A DNA stretch of 64,000 nucleotides from positions 434,001-498,000 of the forward strand of contig QPMI01000022.1 in NCBI GenBank assembly GCA_004431415.1, given 5' to 3'. Shown here piece after piece: positions 56,704 through 64,000 of this stretch; within the stretch, counting starts at the first letter, position 1, and each line of letters begins with the position of its first letter. The DNA is from Cyanophora paradoxa CCMP329. Its lineage: Eukaryota > Plantae > Glaucophyta. The translations under genes and the position numbers were made by a program. The notes beneath the pieces are model-generated. The model was not told where the DNA came from, did not search any database, and was given only the letters and a program-made list of their open reading frames with translations.

Positions 56704-57836
56704 ATGGAGTCAGTGGATCCGGCCACGCGCGAGCGGCTCGAGCAGCTGCGGGCGTGGGATGGGCTCTTCGAGACTCTGTACGCGGCGGCGGCCGGCGTGG
56801 CGGCGGACAGCGACGCGCTCGCAAAGTTCACAGGCGGCAATGATGGAATGCAAGAACTCGTGAGCGCTGCGCGCGCCAAGCTCAAGCAGATGCGGGAGTC
56901 GATGGAGGTCGGTTCGGGCGGGCGAGGGCTTCGGGGCGCGGTCGCTCACGCATTTCGACAGGAGCTGGAGGTCGAAGCCGAGGCGCAGGAGCGGGAGGCC
57001 GACAGCGTGTTCATCCTGGAGCTGCTCAACAAGGCCCGCCGATCGCTGAATGAGTGGGCCCCTCGTCGCGCCTCTGACCGGCGGCGCTTGACTCGCTCGG
57101 GCGAAGTTTGCAGGATCGCTTGCGGGAGGCGATGAAGCAGTACTCGGAGAACGTGCGCGAGCAGCGGATCAAAGAGCGGGAGGCGCTCCTGTCGGGGGCG
57201 ACGTCGAGCGAGCTGAGGCGAAGAGAGCCGTGCGCGCCCGCATTCGACGCCACGCGCATGCATTGCAGGGGCAGCTCGAGCTCAGAGGAGCGGCAGGCGC
57301 TCGGGGGAGGACTCGCTGGCGCAGGCGCAGGAGGCGACGGACGGCCTGCGGCGCACGCGGCAGATGCTCGCGGAAGCAGTGTCGCAGGGCTCAGCGACCA
57401 TGGCTCTTCTGGGTGCGCGCGAGGCGCAGGGACGACGCTCCGCCGCGAAGCTTACTTACGCCCCTGCAGACCAGTCCTCGCAGACGCTCCGGGCGACGGG
57501 TGCGAAGCAGGAGGCGGCGAGCGACTCGATCGGGACCGCGCGGGGACTCATCACGGGCCTCGAGCAGAAAGAGGCCAGAGACCGAGCCATGATGGTACGC
57601 GCACAGCGCCTGCCGGCGCCCGCGCCCGCGCCCGCGGCGCTCGCTCACGCCCGCCCCGCCCCGCAGATGGGCGCCTTCGCGTTCTTCGTCTTCGTCTGCT
57701 TCTACATCCTGTGAGCGCCGCCGCGATCGATATCCTGGCCTGTCCCCCGGACGGCCCGCGAGCTTGCTAACTCCCGGGCAGGTACAGGAGGCTTCCCTCC
57801 CTCGGCCTCCTGTCCTCCTCGCCCGCCGCGCCCTGA
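56704..57836 (+). CDS. SEC20: Sec20/BNIP1-family SNARE
   Basis: EREALLSG...ELRRR; ATDGLRRTRQML; SSQTLR; LITGLEQKEARDR; C-terminal TM GAFAFFVFVCFYIL|YRRL. Confidence 0.85.
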
Positions 57837-57896
57837 GCGCGCCAGCGCTGTTGATTCGCCTTCTGAGAGCGTTTGAAACATTCGCACGATCTGAGC

Positions 57897-60507
<2,611 letters not shown>

Positions 60508-60902
60508 CGGAATTCGAATGCGTATCTTCCGGATTCGAACGCGCGACACGCAAGTGACGGCGCGCGCGGCCGGGCCGCGGCCGGGCGCCGCGCCGCGGCT
60601 CGCGTTGCCTGGTCATGACATGCATGTCCGATCCCGCGCCGCCCACGGCAAGCTGCCAGCTGCAAGTACTGCTAGTACGGGCTTCCGAAGTTCCGAAGTT
60701 CCGAAGTGAAGCCCTCGAAGCTCAGCTGCAGACGGTCCGACTCGAGAGAAGACGGCCAGTGGCCACTGGCCAGGCCGAGGGCGAGCGGCCAAAAAGAGCC
60801 TTATAGCTACTGAGTTCCGGACGGACCCGTCACGCGTGCGGCGTGATTCGGGAGTGAACTTAGAAATTCCTACACGAGATACACCTGAATAAGCATCCTA
60901 AG

Positions 60903-62056
60903 CTACATACTGCAGTGGAGACTCGAGATCTGGGCGCACGGCGACTCTCGATTAAATCCAGCCGAACGTGCTCCTGTCCGCGAAGCTCGCGTCCTGCGAG
61001 CGACGACAAGTCTCGAGCTCAGCGCGCGGCGACCGTCAGTAGACATCGCCTCGCTCACCTCGGACGAGAAGACCGCGCCGGCGAGCGAGCCGTCCGCGTC
61101 GCAGAAGGGGCCCTCGCCGTGTGCCCCCGCGTCCTCCGCCGCGTCCTCTGCGAACGCTGCTGCGCTCTCCTCCGCCTGCGACAGCGGCAGCGGCAGCTTG
61201 AGCGGCCAAGCCGCGGCGATGCCGGGCGGCCCGGCGGCGGGGCGGGGCGGGGCGGGGCGGCCGCGGGGCGCGGGGCGCGGCACCTCGTGAATATCGGTGT
61301 CCGCCCGGTACGCCTTCTGTGTTCCGCTGATCGACGTGAACTGGGGCTTCTCGAACACCGGAACGACCAGGTTGCTGCACTCCGTCTGCGCAGCGTCCGG
61401 GGGCGGTCAGCCGCGCGGCCCCGCGGCGGCCGGGCTGGGCCAGGCTGCGGCGGCGGAGCGCGGGGGCCGCTGCCCGGGGGCGCGCTGCTCGCCTTCTCGA
61501 ATCCCGCCTTCGTCATCCACTTCTTGTCCACGCTCTTGCCGCCCAGCGCGAAGCACTTGTCCTTGAATGACTCTCCGGCAAACTTGTCCTCAAGCACTTT
61601 GCCTGCATTTGGCGGTCAGCTCTGGCGTCCAGGGGCGCAGAGCGACCGCCACGGGCCATGCACCTTTGCATCTCGGTTCGGAGTAGCATTTCTGGTTGGC
61701 GGCCCGGCGGCGGCAAGCGGCGTCAGCGACCTGACAACGCGGAGGCGCACACGCACGATGACCGCGGGACCCGCGCACCTTCTGCGAATCGAAAGCGTGT
61801 TAGTGGTCGTGAGATGCATGAGCCGGGCGATACTGACCGGAAAGCCTTTCAGGCACTGCTGTGGTTGGGCAGGAGCCGCAGGGGCAGCCGCGACCGGCTG
61901 GGGAGCTCCGGGATATCCATACGGTGGATATGTGTACGGTGCAGCAGGCGGAACTGCAGCGGGTGGCGGCTGGGCCGCTAGCATCGCCGGCGTTCCGGTG
62001 GTCGCCGGTGCGCCGCCGGGCGGCGGGGGCGGCAACTGCGGCGCTGCTGTCGCCAT
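60903..62056 (-). CDS. Hypothetical multi-exon protein with a Pro/Tyr-rich segment and Cys-containing domain; may start further upstream
   Basis: Coding-like exons (PYTYPPYGYPGAPQP; KFAGESFKDKCFALGG; FEKPQFTSISG) with canonical introns. Confidence 0.4.
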
Positions 62057-63132
62057 TGCTGATTAGAACTCGCCTCCCTGCCGACTGCCCGCTCTCTGCC
62101 GAGTCGTGTGCTGCTGATGAACTTCACCACCGCGTTGTGGTCAGAGCGGGGGTACACGCGCTTAGAGGGAAGAGACGGGTACGAGAACATTTCCCACCGC
62201 GTCGGCGCGCGGCTGGCTGCGGCCCGTCCATGGCGCCGCCGCTGTCGCTCAGCGTGACCAGCGTGAGGTAGACGGCTGGCGCGCCGAGCGGCGGCGTGAA
62301 ATGGGTGTCGAGTTGGCGTTCTCGGCGGCGGTCCTCGTTGCCGGCCATTCCGTAGGAGATTCAGGAGCGCGCGCGTTAGGGGATTGCTTCTATGTTGTCT
62401 CCGGTGCGGCGAGGAGCTCCGCGGGAGCGGCCGCGGCGACGTCGGCTGGCCGCAAAGTCGGCCGGCTTTCGCGCAAAGCCCACGCCGCCACGCGCCGCAG
62501 CGTTAGTGAACGCGCGGCAGCCTTGGCGTGGCACACTGGCGCGGCGACGTGTTCCGTCAACACGTGGACGGCGCCCGGCCCCCGCTCCCTTGCTTGGCGC
62601 TGGAGCTCATCGGCGCTTTCTCATTTCGTTCCGCTCCTCATCTCCTCGCAGTCGAGTCGCTAGATGGCGGGTCTTTTCCACATGCAGGGAAGCTCAGGTC
62701 TTTCCGTCGACCTTTGCTTGTCAGGCGTAGTGCCTTTCTTGCCCTCCGCTATACGTGGGTCTTCCCTAGGGCGGACTTCCACGTCTGGAGGGTGTTTGCG
62801 CGCTCTGTTTGCCTTCATCGGTCTGCGTAGGGCGCCGGGCTTTTTCTGCAGGTGTATCTTTCGGCCTCTCGCCCCATTCGTAGATATGGGACGTAGATAG
62901 AATTTCTCATCACTTAGACAGAGCACAGCACTCGACGGTCCTCAGTGTTATCTAGTCGGAGAGATAAATTGGGCGATGTGAAACTCCTAGTAGTTGTTGT
63001 TTTGTGCTAATGCAAATCCTTCTCACACGCGCTTAGAGGAGGGGGGTCGATACACAGCGGGTACACCAGAGCTGAAGAAGCGCTTGGCGGCGGACTGCCT
63101 GTAGCTAGCGGATGCCTAGCTAGCAGGAGGAG

Positions 63133-64000
63133 ATGGCGACCGCGCCAGCCGTGCGGTCAAAGATAACGCCGCTGCCGGATCCGGACGACCCGCACGATGT
63201 GGAGGTCGCACGGCCGCCGGGTGTACAGCCCGCGGAGGTTCTCCGGGCGGCTAGCGGCTCCTCGAGCTCACAGAGCGTCAAGCCAGCCCCTCAGGCACCA
63301 GCCGAGCACGCTACGCAGTTCCGAAGGGTCCTGTTCAACGATGCGGCCGCGAACGCTCTGCACAAGTTCTGCAACAACGTGCGGGAGCTCCAGGCCCCTT
63401 GGCGTGGCCGCCCCGCTGAGCAGCTCCGCAGGTCATCATCACGTCCAAGTACACGCTGCTCAACTTCATCCCCAAGAACCTGTTTGAGCAATTCCGGCGC
63501 ATAGCCAACATCTACTTCCTTATCATCGCCATCCTACAGGCTTGCCCCCAGCGGGCGCATGCGCAGGCGCCTTGCGGCGTTAGCTAACGAGCCCTTCGAC
63601 CCCCGCAGGTCTCCACCGACCTCTCCCCAACCTACGAGTACTCCACCCTGATCCCACTATGCATCGTGCTTGGAATTACCGTGCGTGCCGCCCCCCCGCA
63701 CCCGCCGCCACGCACGTAACCGACCGCGGCCCTGCCGCCCGCAGATGATCAAGGAGGGATACGAGGACTGGGTGCGTGCCTGCCGCCGCAGGACGGGCCG
63801 TGCGCCTCTCTCCTGCCTGCGGCATCCGACGCGCCCCGCAGAAACGCCACAAGTCGGACCACAAGGTCAACATGAGCGTCGCGAAGGTCCTCCGCGGCGG
63901 CAGCTTCGAGGACGTGCTCTGGAAGAACGGTGCGCGGCTAATGCAGCGCAGCGCGTCGCGGCGCGGCGCGGCTAACCCGCGCCGGCGCAGTGGTCGTGGG
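63133..64000 (+). CDS. P4-type ATPase (phospholipid flippase), 5' part, runs off the window
   Basis: FCNN|[30 protein letters not shown]; MIKEGYEDW|[10 protein letters not shown]; W..VVVG. Confidence 0.93.

Overview
GC-rich, intron-dense eukaryotic (protist) genomic window. An MAAFV-type plastid transit peptide and a flagellar-type calmodulin-like gene tentatively suggest a flagellated alga such as a glaucophyte. The main feature is a complete, AT-rich, integrated Polinton-like virus at 13604-26673. It has 329-bp terminal inverted repeats (TIRs), AG...CT ends and a 6-bp target-site duplication (TSD, TGCCGG). It encodes a packaging ATPase, major and minor capsid proteins, a divergent family-B polymerase/SF1 helicase/HNH replicase split by a 1-nt frameshift, and an rve integrase. 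The virus sits in the last exon of a host F-box-like gene. Its putative early genes carry the giant-virus AAAATTGA promoter motif, and a host Helentron-type non-autonomous element has inserted into the replicase promoter. Immediately downstream is a host gene with an LRR-SAM-TIR (SARM1-like)-coiled-coil-Roco/TRN1-like C-terminal architecture, a candidate innate-immune NADase. The remainder holds ordinary host genes: cNMP-binding protein, coiled-coil protein, dynein LC4-like EF-hand protein, Tim10, a Ser-Pro-repeat membrane glycoprotein, Sec20, RlmN and a P4-ATPase. There are also two further Helentron-like elements and a poly(A) retroelement with a TSD. All calls are from reading the sequence and motifs by eye; no searches were run, and exon boundaries of host genes are approximate.
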